From positions 704,001-768,000 of the forward strand of contig CAVUDW010000003.1 in NCBI GenBank assembly GCA_963740355.1: a stretch of DNA of 64,000 bases. The letters are read 5' to 3'. Below, piece by piece: positions 30,142 to 39,428 of this stretch; the first letter of the stretch is position 1, and each line of letters starts with the position of its first letter. Position numbers and translations under genes: made by a program. The notes under the pieces are model-generated. The model was not told the DNA's origin. It saw only the letters and a program-made list of their open reading frames with translations, and searched no databases. This stretch comes from an uncultured Gemmatimonadaceae bacterium (GTDB lineage: Bacteria > Gemmatimonadota > Gemmatimonadetes > Gemmatimonadales > Gemmatimonadaceae).

Positions 30142-30232
30142 CCCGGGTTGCTGCAGCCATGGCGACCGAGGTATTGTGAACATTACGGCCATTAGTCGGT
30201 CGCCGTGCAGCCGCCCCCCTTTCCAGTCAGAC
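30136..30232 (+). mobile_element. attC-like site, same family as 20755
   Basis: GTGTAAC (contains the TAA stop)-CCGGGTTGCTGCAGCCATGGCGACCGA..TCGGTCGCCGTGCAGC..GTCAGAC. Confidence 0.65.
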
Positions 30233-30265
30233 GGAAGCCATCCGCCACGCTCGCTCGCGGAGAAC

Positions 30266-30718
30266 ATGTACAGATTGAAGAATTGGCCGCACATGTGGCT
30301 TCTGGTCGTAGCGTTTGCGGCAGCACCGCCCGTCGTCGCGCAGCAGTCCGAGTCCATTCCGATAGGCGCGCGCGTGCTCGTCACGCTCCGCGATTCGCTA
30401 CGCCCGTGGCTGTTTTCCGCGCGAACGACATCGCTCATTGGCACCACGATTGCCACAAGTTCGGACCAACTCACACTACGTCTCGCGAGCTCGGATACGG
30501 TTCGAATCTCGCGCGCGTCCGTTCGCGCGGTGGCCATCAGCCGTGGTGCATCTCGCGGACGGAGCTCCCTGCAGCAGGCAGCGTTCGGCGCGCTGGTGGG
30601 GAGCGTGGCCTCCATAGGCAAGCAGAAGCAGTGGGTCGGTGTCATCGCTGGGGCTGGAGTCGGCGCCGTCACCGGGTTTGTCGCGCCGTACGAGCACTGG
30701 CGGCGTGTCCGCTGGTGA
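30266..30718 (+). CDS. Secreted hypothetical protein with glycine-zipper C-terminus
   Basis: Signal peptide, GARVLV, GALVG..IAGAGVGAVTG, EHWRRV end. Confidence 0.7.
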   Translation: MYRLKNWPHMWLLVVAFAAAPPVVAQQSESIPIGARVLVTLRDSLRPWLFSARTTSLIGTTIATSSDQLTLRLASSDTVRISRASVRAVAISRGASRGRSSLQQAAFGALVGSVASIGKQKQWVGVIAGAGVGAVTGFVAPYEHWRRVRW

Positions 30719-30878
30719 AGGCGACTGTCGTCGCGCGCGACTGCCGTCTACCCCTGCTTTTTTGGATAACTTGTGTCGGTCTGGGCGAGCCAAATCTGGA
30801 TGACCATTTACATGGGGTGCATGGGACACCGTGGCAAAGTCTGAGGCATACGCGCGGATCAAGGCCTATGGCGGAGCG

Positions 30879-31376
30879 ATGAGTTACGTACGATGCCTCT
30901 TGGATGGTCTCGAGCGAGGCCGCCTCATTCTGCTTGTAATCTTCCTTTTCGGCCACACCGCCGCCGCGGGCGCGCAGGGAGCGGTGGACCGCCCGCGCGA
31001 CATCACGCCGATCTCGGTGGTCCGAAAGTACGTGGCGGCGTTCAATGCCAAGGATCTGGACGCCATGATGAGCGTGGTCGCGAGCGACGTGGTCTGGATG
31101 AGCGTGGCTGGCGACTCACTGACCGATGTTGGGCGCGGGATCGACGCGTTTCGGCAGATGATCGCGGGATACTTTCGTGCCGTGCCGTCCGCGCGCTCGG
31201 AGCTGCGCAAGATCGACGCGACCGGGCCATGGGTGACGACGCACGAACGAACGCGCTGGGCAGCGCCGCCATCCGGCGTCGGTGGACAGACCAGCCTCGT
31301 AGTCTACGAGGTCCGCGACCGACTCATCCGGCATGCATGGTTCTATCCGTCGCTTCCGGTTCCGGGCTCCCCATAA
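30879..31376 (+). CDS. SnoaL/NTF2-like protein, secreted
   Basis: VVRKYVAAFNAKDLDAM, VYEVRDRLIRHAWF. Confidence 0.8.
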   Translation: MSYVRCLLDGLERGRLILLVIFLFGHTAAAGAQGAVDRPRDITPISVVRKYVAAFNAKDLDAMMSVVASDVVWMSVAGDSLTDVGRGIDAFRQMIAGYFRAVPSARSELRKIDATGPWVTTHERTRWAAPPSGVGGQTSLVVYEVRDRLIRHAWFYPSLPVPGSP

Positions 31377-31638
31377 CGACGATTGGTGATCGATGACTGG
31401 GCCAATCAACGGACTCCAGTCGCTGCAGACACTCACCCGTCGAGTCACGACGACTCACGTGAACAGGAATGCGCGTGCGACACTCTGTGCGTGAACAGCC
31501 GGGAACACGATTGACACAGTGGTCTGAGAACATGGTCGACCGAAGCGTGTTCGCTGTTTGATGCCATCCCTTCGTCGAAGGTGACCACCTCCACCGAACG
31601 GAAGTAGATCGTACGCACGCATTTCTCCCATCCATGGC

Positions 31639-32052
31639 ATGTCCCATCTCGATCTCGTCGCACTGATTGTGCCGGATTACGATTCCGCAATCGCGTTCTT
31701 TGTGAACGTCTTGCAGTTCGACCTCGTGGAGGACATCCCCTCGCTAACGAACGACGGTCGGCCGAAACGCTGGGTGGTGGTGCGCCCAGCGGGCGGCGTC
31801 ACCGGAATCCTGCTGGCCCGCGCGGACGGCGAAGCACAGGCCGCGATCGTCGGTCAACAGTTCGCGGGGCGTGTGGGCTGCTTCTTGCGCGTCGACGATT
31901 TTGACGCGACCTACACTCGCATGGTCGCGGCGGGCGTAGTGTTCGTGACGCCCCCGCGCGCGGAGCCGTACGGGCGAGTCGCAGTCTTCCTTGACGTGGC
32001 CGGCAATCAATGGGACTTGCTCAGTCGCGTCGCGCAACAACCAATCGAATGA
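31639..32052 (+). CDS. VOC/glyoxalase family protein
   Basis: VPDYDSAIAFF, KRWVVVRP, EPYGRVAVFLDVAGNQWDLL. Confidence 0.92.
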   Translation: MSHLDLVALIVPDYDSAIAFFVNVLQFDLVEDIPSLTNDGRPKRWVVVRPAGGVTGILLARADGEAQAAIVGQQFAGRVGCFLRVDDFDATYTRMVAAGVVFVTPPRAEPYGRVAVFLDVAGNQWDLLSRVAQQPIE

Positions 32053-32358
32053 GTGGCACTGCGGCCCAGGACCCTGCTTCTTGTGTCCGTGAACTCCCAA
32101 GTCGCGGTCCGCGCGCAGTCGTCCTTGCTGAGACTGGAAACGCTCGCTGCTGCATGGAGTGGGTCTCGGGCGGCCTCGCCCATTCGGCTGACAACATGGC
32201 AAGCCGCGCTGACGCGAAGCGGCTAGAAGTCGCATGTTGCTCCCTACCCCGCTTGCGCGCGACACGACGGCGGCGCTAACCTCAGGAGGCGTGGAGGCGA
32301 CCCATCGCATCGTAGCACCACGCCATAGCCAGCCATCCCTCGCGCCTCGGGAGTGACC

Positions 32359-32892
32359 ATGCTGCGTCGATGCATCCTCGCGCTCTGCCTCGCCGCATCG
32401 CCGGCAGTTGCGCAAACGGCCGAACGTGACCTGCCAAACGGAAAGGAATTGGTCGTCGTCTACATCGGCGCGACCAGCTGCGGGCCATGTCTCCTCCCCG
32501 CGACGAAGGCGGCAGTGGCGCGCATGAAGACACTGCTCGCCAGCTTCGCGACGAAGAACGGCTATGCATTCTCTGCAGTCGGTGTTTCCACGGATTGGGT
32601 GACCGCAGATGGGATCAAATTCCTCAATGACAATGCGCCGTTTGACCAGCTCGTGATCGGCGGCAACTGGACCAACCTCGCGGTCGAGCACTACATCTGG
32701 CGCGATTCGTCAGCGAATCCGGCAATGCCGCAAGTCGTGGTGCTCGAGCGCTCGGTCACGCTCGGCGATCGCATAGCGATTTCCCCTGCGCGTGTGCTAC
32801 GTCGTGTGTTCGGAAGCGATGAAATTCCAAAGTGGGTCGAGGCGGGCGCGCCGGTGGCACTCGCTGCCGCTCCGGCACCAGCGCGGCGCTAG
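32359..32892 (+). CDS. Secreted thioredoxin-fold-like protein
   Basis: Signal AVA-Q, VVYIGATSCGPC, MPQVVVL cis-Pro-like motif. Confidence 0.65.
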   Translation: MLRRCILALCLAASPAVAQTAERDLPNGKELVVVYIGATSCGPCLLPATKAAVARMKTLLASFATKNGYAFSAVGVSTDWVTADGIKFLNDNAPFDQLVIGGNWTNLAVEHYIWRDSSANPAMPQVVVLERSVTLGDRIAISPARVLRRVFGSDEIPKWVEAGAPVALAAAPAPARR

Positions 32893-32897
32893 CAATC

Positions 32898-33416
32898 ATG
32901 TCAGTACTTCGACGCCTGCGAGGCCTGGTCGGCACCGCGCTCACGTGGGGAGGTATCGGCGTCATCGCTGGTGTGGTCGCCTTTGTGGCGGTCTACCGCC
33001 CGTGGCCGCTGCCGGCGGAATACTTGCCGCGCGCGCTGCAGCTATTCGCGAAGTGGGAACTCGCTTCCTTCGTTTGGGGGGTCGCCAGCGGCCTGTCATT
33101 CGGACTGGTCGTCCTGGCTCTCGAACGCACAAGCCGGTGGCCGCAGCTGAGCAGGGCGCGCATCACCGCGTGGGGCGCGCTCGCCGGCGGACTGTTTCCA
33201 GCGCTGCTCAGTATCCGCCCACTGCTCGTCGGCGCGAGCACGACCTACTTCGGCCTCATCATCGGCGCCAGCGCCCTGGCCGGAGCAGCGTGGGCGCGCG
33301 CGTCGTTCGCACTGGCACGCCGCGTCCCCGACGAAACGCCGCAGTTGGTACTGCCGCGAGAATCAGCGGAACCGCTGTCGAGCCGAGCCTCGGCAACCCA
33401 CAATCGAGCTTCGTAG
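32898..33416 (+). CDS. Hypothetical membrane protein
   Basis: LRRLRGLVGTALTWG, WGALAGG; four hydrophobic segments. Confidence 0.7.
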   Translation: MSVLRRLRGLVGTALTWGGIGVIAGVVAFVAVYRPWPLPAEYLPRALQLFAKWELASFVWGVASGLSFGLVVLALERTSRWPQLSRARITAWGALAGGLFPALLSIRPLLVGASTTYFGLIIGASALAGAAWARASFALARRVPDETPQLVLPRESAEPLSSRASATHNRAS

Positions 33417-33502
33417 CAACGCGCAGCAGTGTGGCGCAGTCTGTGACCACATCGCAACCGGGCAGGTATTTCGTTCGACTCGATATGGTGAGAGATTTTC
33501 GA

Positions 33503-34015
33503 ATGCGACCATCCGTCCGATTGTTACCGTTGTGCCCCCTTTTCAGCTGCATCGTCGGCGCTGGCTGCACGCGTAGCACGGAACCCGCCGACTCGGTTCC
33601 GAGCGTTCTGGTCGGCACATGGATCGGTGACACGATCCGGTTGACGCCGAGAGGTACAACCGCACTCACGCTGCGGATTGAGGCGTCGGGTCGGTTTGCC
33701 TGGAGCGTGCGAACGGCTGGTCTGTTCGCCAATCAAGCACCGGACGAGCTAACCGGAGGCACACGTGAAGTGGGGCAGCTCACCATCGTTGGTCAACGCG
33801 CCCGCTTCCGTTCAGACTCGCTCTACATTGCAAATTCTGTCGACAAGGTCGAGTCGGCGCGCCGCATCACGTCGGCGAACGATGGCTTCGGGAGTGCAAC
33901 ACTATTCGACCAAGCCGAGTATGTCGTTGCCGGCGACAGTCTCCACTTGAGCTATTTCTCATATCCGGCGGACGCGCCAGTACGCACATCGCTTCGGCTC
34001 ATCAGAAGTCGGTAG
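33503..34015 (+). CDS. Hypothetical lipoprotein (lipocalin-like)
   Basis: IVGAGC lipobox, LVGTW, YPADAP. Confidence 0.65.
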   Translation: MRPSVRLLPLCPLFSCIVGAGCTRSTEPADSVPSVLVGTWIGDTIRLTPRGTTALTLRIEASGRFAWSVRTAGLFANQAPDELTGGTREVGQLTIVGQRARFRSDSLYIANSVDKVESARRITSANDGFGSATLFDQAEYVVAGDSLHLSYFSYPADAPVRTSLRLIRSR

Positions 34016-34019
34016 GCCC

Positions 34020-34427
34020 ATGTCTTCGGCGTGGGCAGTGGTCTTCGTGGCTGCGATCGCGGGAGCGTGTGTCACGCCGACGGAGGCGTGCGGCTGTGTC
34101 GCTCTGCCGAGCGTGTTACGTGTTCTCGGCACGGTGAGGGACGTACAGGGCGCTCCTGTCGCCGCGGCGCGTGTTTCGATACTCAATCGGCCAGTTGGCT
34201 TCCCTTCGGCACCTTTCTCTACGGTCGGGCGCTTGGCATTTGAGACGGATTCGCGTGGCAGCGTCGCCGGTGAGACTACGAGCCCGACACCCGGTAAATA
34301 TGAGATCCGAGTGACGGTCGTGCGTCGCGGTGCAGCGGACACCGTCGTGCGCGTTCCTGGCGTTGCCGAATTACGGCCGCCGGCTGGTCGAGTCGACACG
34401 CTCCGCATCGCGATTACCTTGCCGTAG
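34020..34427 (+). CDS. Lipoprotein with carboxypeptidase-regulatory-like domain
   Basis: IAGAC lipobox, GTVRDVQGAPVAAARV, TDSRG, PGKYEIRV. Confidence 0.65.
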   Translation: MSSAWAVVFVAAIAGACVTPTEACGCVALPSVLRVLGTVRDVQGAPVAAARVSILNRPVGFPSAPFSTVGRLAFETDSRGSVAGETTSPTPGKYEIRVTVVRRGAADTVVRVPGVAELRPPAGRVDTLRIAITLP

Positions 34428-34439
34428 GCGACATCGCAG

Positions 34440-34826
34440 GTGAACGTTCACGGCGCGAGGCGCTACAGCGTGGGAACGAAGACTCAGTCGCGGGCCATAA
34501 CCATATCCCAGTACGTCTTGCTCGGCACTGTCGTCGGTGCCTCCTTCGTGCTGCCGTTCGACTCGGCGCTGCGAAGTTGGATCACTCTTGTTGGCTTCAC
34601 GCTGCTTGGCTTCATGTTCGTCAGCGGAACCGTCAGCATGCAACGTCGCTCAGCGCTCGCTTTCGGTGCGTACATGTTGACGTGCGCGGCACAGTTCTCC
34701 GTTCCGCACCTGTGGCGCACGCGGCCGGATTGGTGGGATGCCAGAATGCTGCATGTCACGTTCGCGGTCGTTTGCTGGCTCATCGTCGCAGTATTGCTCG
34801 ACCGACGGTCGTCTTCGGAAGCGTAA
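34440..34826 (+). CDS. Small hypothetical membrane protein, homolog of 20871-21222
   Basis: Four TM segments; RRSALAFGAYMLTCAAQF. Confidence 0.6.
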   Translation: MNVHGARRYSVGTKTQSRAITISQYVLLGTVVGASFVLPFDSALRSWITLVGFTLLGFMFVSGTVSMQRRSALAFGAYMLTCAAQFSVPHLWRTRPDWWDARMLHVTFAVVCWLIVAVLLDRRSSSEA

Positions 34827-35000
34827 GACACTTGTGATGCGCTTGTCGCACCGGTCGGCCGCATCGCTTCGGCCCTTCTCGTCGCGGGCCGTCACACTTT
34901 CGATAGGTGCGACCACGCATTCCTTCGGAGCCGCTCCCCGAAGGTCCCCGGCAACGAATCGCGCTCGCCCTTGCCGTGATCGACCGACGACGCAGACACG

Positions 35001-35366
35001 CTACCCAACGCGCAGAATCTTTTCCATTTTCCGCCCCTTCGCCAACTCGTCGACCAACTTGTCCAGATAGCGCACCTGCTGCGTCAATGGGTTCGTCAGC
35101 TCCTCAACCCGATAGCCGCAGATGAGCCCCGTGATCAGATGCGCGTTGGGATGGAGAGTCGCTCCCTGAAAGAATTTTTCGAAGGTCACTCGCTCGCCGA
35201 GGAAGGACTGCAGCGTCGTCTCGTCGTATCCAGTCAGCCAGCGGATGACCTGATGCAACTCGTCACGAGTCCGTCCTTTCTTCTCGACCTTGGCCAGATA
35301 GTGCGGATAGACCGACGAGAACGTCATGCTCGCAATCCGCGAGTCGTGGGTGGCTGCGTTGCTCAT
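35001..35366 (-). CDS. DUF2200 family protein
   Basis: MTFSSVYPHYLAKVEKKGRT, WLTGY, ITGLICGYRVEE, RYLDKLVDELAKG. Confidence 0.92.
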   Translation of the reverse strand: MSNAATHDSRIASMTFSSVYPHYLAKVEKKGRTRDELHQVIRWLTGYDETTLQSFLGERVTFEKFFQGATLHPNAHLITGLICGYRVEELTNPLTQQVRYLDKLVDELAKGRKMEKILRVG

Positions 35367-35614
35367 GGTAGCGATGGAGGTGCCGATCTCGGCGTGGGTA
35401 AGGACGCTACGGCTTTGGGCGAGCCGGTTCCGGAGCACTCGAATTCGTAGTTCGTGAAACGGATGCACGCAACTGAGCAGCCTCGTTCGTGCGTTGCCGA
35501 AGTACGGGCGGCCTTGGTATCGTATCGAATGGAGTAGACATTGCAATTCGACGCGTCAGCGCCTAATCCGCCAAGGCGCATATCGCCACACGCACCCGGC
35601 ACCACGCACGAGTC

Positions 35615-36166
35615 ATGCGCCCATTCGCGATCGTTTCCGCCACCGTGATGCTTCTCTGCGCCTGCCAAGCGGCTGAACCGCTTCGGCAGCAAAGCGCGCG
35701 CGAGGAGCGCCTGATGGCACTCGATTCGCTCGCCCGAACGCACACCTGCGCGAAAGTGCGTGCAGCGCTGCTCTTTGACCAAGGGGTCTGGACCAGAAAG
35801 CAGGCCTGCGCACTCGCGGGTCGCGCACTTGAGATTCTCGGCAGTGCGCGAGCGCGCGAGCCGTACATGGCGCCCGGCGACACGGCGCGCGTGAGTACGA
35901 TGCGGGTGACTCGCCAGCACTGGTGTCAGCTCTTGGAAATGCCGGGCGGCCCCCCTGCAGGTCGCATGGACTCACTGCTGTACGTCGTCGATTTTGAGAT
36001 TCCTGATCGGCCACGCTACCTCGGCGTTTTCATGCGGGCGCGAGGATTCACCGGCAGCGCGACGTTCGATGCACATCCGCGTGGTGTCTGGGGAAGTCCG
36101 ACGCACTTGACGCAGCCGACCGAGGGACCGGACACAATTGAGGCGGGTGAGCCCTGCGGGATGTAG
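35615..36166 (+). CDS. Hypothetical lipoprotein
   Basis: MLLCAC lipobox. Confidence 0.55.
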   Translation: MRPFAIVSATVMLLCACQAAEPLRQQSAREERLMALDSLARTHTCAKVRAALLFDQGVWTRKQACALAGRALEILGSARAREPYMAPGDTARVSTMRVTRQHWCQLLEMPGGPPAGRMDSLLYVVDFEIPDRPRYLGVFMRARGFTGSATFDAHPRGVWGSPTHLTQPTEGPDTIEAGEPCGM

Positions 36167-36388
36167 TGCGGCGGTTTCTTTTCCGCGACAGCGCGACCTG
36201 CGTCCGAGGTTGGAATTGCGCGAGGCGAACTAGCCATCTAGCCGGTACGGATATCTCCGGCGTGCAGACGTATTTAGTGGCGCCCCGTAGCCGTTCGACC
36301 GTCGACTCGCTCGCTTCCGTCGTGCTTGCCTTCACAGCTTCCGTGTGGGCAGCTGCTGTGCCGTTGCTCGCCTCTTCAAAGGATCCCT

Positions 36389-36859
36389 ATGTCAGGTCGA
36401 GATATCCCTAGCCTGTTCGGTTGGGCCGGTGGCATGCCGGCGCTCGAGGCACTCACGGCGCGATTCTACGAGCGCGTCAAGTCGCACGACGTCCTCGCCG
36501 AGGTCTTTCTGCACATGGATGCGCATCACCCGCACTTCGTCGCCCAGTTTCTGGCGGAAGTGCTCGGTGGCCCGGCCGAATATTCCGCGCATCGTGGCGG
36601 CCATCCGCACATGATTCGCCAGCATCTCGATCGCCACCTGACGGACGTGCAGCGCAAGGCGTGGATGCAGCTACTGCTCGATACCGCCGACGATGTCGGC
36701 CTGCCGTCCGACCCGGAATTCCGCTCCGCACTCGTCGGCTATGTCGAATGGGGATCGCGCCTGGCAGTCATCAATTCTCAACCCGGTGTGGCCGCCGAAG
36801 CTGATCTCCCCATGCCTCGCTGGGGTTGGGGCGTGCCCGGCGGACCATACCAGCCGTGA
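36389..36859 (+). CDS. Group II truncated hemoglobin
   Basis: SLFGWAGG, FYERV, EVLGGP.EY, M..QH, EFRSALVGYVEWGSR. Confidence 0.9.
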   Translation: MSGRDIPSLFGWAGGMPALEALTARFYERVKSHDVLAEVFLHMDAHHPHFVAQFLAEVLGGPAEYSAHRGGHPHMIRQHLDRHLTDVQRKAWMQLLLDTADDVGLPSDPEFRSALVGYVEWGSRLAVINSQPGVAAEADLPMPRWGWGVPGGPYQP

Positions 36860-37053
36860 CTCGGGTGGCACTGCCTCGCGAACGGGATTCGCGGCGTTGA
36901 TTGCTTTTCCGCATGGATCGATAGACGGCCGCCTGATCGAGCCCTTGAAAAGCGACCGTGCGCGCCGCCAGTGCAGCGGCGCGCACGGTCGCTTCCTCAT
37001 CCACCGCAATCGTAATAGCAACCGCGTCACCATCGCCGTTCGCGATCTCTGAC

Positions 37054-37713
37054 CTACCCTGCGTAGCAGTAGGCGCAGCCCTTCTCATGCGCGTGTGCGA
37101 CTGCGAACACCCCTGAGGGCACAGGCTTCACGCCCGGCAGCAGATTCGCAAGAAACTCGGCCTTGGCTTGTTCTGCAGGCACATTGACCTGCGCGCCCGC
37201 CATGCCCGCGATGACGCCAAGCGCAACGCCACACGCGACGACGTACACGCCGCGTGCCTGCAACTTGTCGATGGCTGCGTCGGCGAACATCAGGTCGCCG
37301 GGCTGGTTCTTGTAGAAGATGTTTCGCTTTGCAGGCGCCTTCGATTGCGGATCGATGACATTCACCATCGATCCGATTGGGTACTTTGCCCAGATGCTGT
37401 CGTTGAGCGCCATCACGGCACTGAAGTGTCGCGCGCCGATCACAGCCGAGAAGTCCGACTCTTTTTCGCCGTAAGCAGCCGGCGCGCTGGCGAGCCAGTT
37501 CATCGCATACACGAGTGCCCATCCACCAGCGGCGCTGGTGGCGTCGAAGTACATCTTGTGCTTGCCGGACAACGGCCCAAGCCAGGGATCTGGCGATGTC
37601 GCGTCGATGGTTGACGTGCGTCTCGTCGCGCCGCCGGTGGCAAATGCGAGCGCGCCCGCGCCAGCCATCGTCAGGAATTCGCGTCGAGGTTCCAGCAATG
37701 AATCGGATGACAT
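37054..37713 (-). CDS. Tat-exported DsrE-like protein
   Basis: PRREFL Tat motif, LNDSIWAKY, L.ARGV.VVAC, VPSGV. Confidence 0.75.
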   Translation of the reverse strand: MSSDSLLEPRREFLTMAGAGALAFATGGATRRTSTIDATSPDPWLGPLSGKHKMYFDATSAAGGWALVYAMNWLASAPAAYGEKESDFSAVIGARHFSAVMALNDSIWAKYPIGSMVNVIDPQSKAPAKRNIFYKNQPGDLMFADAAIDKLQARGVYVVACGVALGVIAGMAGAQVNVPAEQAKAEFLANLLPGVKPVPSGVFAVAHAHEKGCAYCYAG

Positions 37714-37929
37714 ACGACCTCCGCGTCACACGCAGTCAATACGTGCTCGACAGCAACCGGCGGCGCAATCGCGCCTGTCCGGGGGAAAACCGCGCCACCA
37801 CGATACAGGTCGGTCTCGCGGATGGCCATACCGTCCGTCGCTGTCGTTCGCCGGTCTCGCCAGATAACAGATTGGTATACCTGACCATCCCTGACTTGCT
37901 CGCGCTGGGCGCACCCTTCTTCATTCGGC

Positions 37930-39051
37930 ATGACCAACTTCTCACGTTTCGCCGTCATCGGCCTGACGGTCGCTGCCTCGATCGGACCGAGTCCTCTGGC
38001 GTCGCAGCAGCGCCCGCTCAAGACGAAACACGTCGTGCTCATCGTGAGCGACGGCGTTCGCTGGCAGGAACTCACCACCGGTGCAGAACGGGCGCTCATT
38101 TCCCGCGCACCCGGAGGGGTGTCGGACACGGCGTCGGTGCGAAAGGAATTCTGGCGCGAGTCGCCGGCGGAGCGACGCGCCGCGCTGTTCCCGTTCATCT
38201 GGGGCACGGTCGCTACGCAGGGACAGATCTACGGCAACCCGGCGTCCGGCAGTGCGGCGCACACGGTCAATCCGCTCAAGTTCTCGTATCCTGGCTACAG
38301 CGAGATGCTGACCGGGGTGTACGACCCGAGGATCACCAGCAATGAGCATCCGCCGAACGAAAACGTCACCGTATTCGAGTGGCTCGGACGCCGCGCGCCA
38401 GTGAACGGTCGTGTCGCCGCGATTGGTACGTGGGGTGCGTTTCGACGGATATTCAATCGCGAGCGTGCGGGTTTTCCCGTGTACGATGGCTGGGATGCGC
38501 CGTTCGCATCCGCCAAGGCACGCACGCCGCGACAGATCGCGATCGACGATTTCTATCGGACGTCGATTCGCTACTGGGAGGACAACGCCTTTGACGCGCC
38601 GATGTTCATGGCCGCGACAGAAATCCTGAAGCGCGATCGCCCGAAGCTCCTCTTCGTCGGCTTTGGAGAAACCGACGAATGGCAGCACGGCGGTCGCTAC
38701 GATCTGCTGCTCGAGAGCGCGCACAACGTCGACAAATACGTCGCGGAGCTTTGGCGTATCGTGCAGGCGGATCCTGTCATGCGCGGCACCACGACCTTCA
38801 TCATCACCACCGACCACGGGCGTGGCGATGGCGCGACTCGGTGGAAGGATCACGGGGAAGACGTGGACGGTGCCGAGAAGATCTGGATGGCAGTGATCGG
38901 TCCCGACACGCCGGCGCACGGCGATCGCGTGCGCACCACGGAGGTGACCCAGGCGCAGATCGCATCCACGATTGCGGCCTTGCTGGGCCAGAATTGGCTC
39001 TCGGCCAACCCCAAGGCAGCGCCGCCGATCGGCGAAATTCTCGGGCGCTGA
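37930..39051 (+). CDS. Alkaline phosphatase superfamily protein (secreted)
   Basis: VVLIVSDGVRWQE, FSYPGYSE, GETDEWQH, ITTDHGRG. Confidence 0.88.
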   Translation: MTNFSRFAVIGLTVAASIGPSPLASQQRPLKTKHVVLIVSDGVRWQELTTGAERALISRAPGGVSDTASVRKEFWRESPAERRAALFPFIWGTVATQGQIYGNPASGSAAHTVNPLKFSYPGYSEMLTGVYDPRITSNEHPPNENVTVFEWLGRRAPVNGRVAAIGTWGAFRRIFNRERAGFPVYDGWDAPFASAKARTPRQIAIDDFYRTSIRYWEDNAFDAPMFMAATEILKRDRPKLLFVGFGETDEWQHGGRYDLLLESAHNVDKYVAELWRIVQADPVMRGTTTFIITTDHGRGDGATRWKDHGEDVDGAEKIWMAVIGPDTPAHGDRVRTTEVTQAQIASTIAALLGQNWLSANPKAAPPIGEILGR

Positions 39052-39077
39052 CGACCACCGGGAGATCTGACCACTAC

Positions 39078-39396
39078 GATCAAGATCTCTGACCCCTTGA
39101 TCGACCAAGATCTCCGACCCCTTGATCGGGAGCTAAGTCGTTGCCTTCCAAGCGGTTAGACTCGCAATTCGCCGATCAAGATCTCCGACCCCTTGATCGG
39201 GAGTTAAGTCGTTGCCTTCCAAACGGTTAGCCCCGTAATTCGCCGATCAAGATCTCTGACCCCTTGATCGACCAAGATCTCTGACCCCTTGATCGACCAA
39301 GATCTCCGACCCCTTGATCGGGAGCTAAGTCGTTGCTTTCCAAACGGTTAGCCCCGAAATTCGCCGATCAAGATCTCCTGATCGACCCCTTGATCG
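39078..39396. repeat. Composite tandem repeat (REP/BIME-like): seven 23-bp A units and three 48-bp B units
   Basis: A = CAAGATCTCYGACCCCTTGATCG at 39081, 39106, 39177, 39248, 39273, 39298 and 39369 (variant); B at 39129, 39200 and 39321. Confidence 0.9.
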
Positions 39397-39428
39397 GCAC
39401 CAAAGCCGTTACAGCACAACGGCTTACG

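Noticed and set aside
39078..39396. CRISPR array
   Set aside because: The would-be spacers are near-identical copies or only 2 bp long, and no cas genes are in the window
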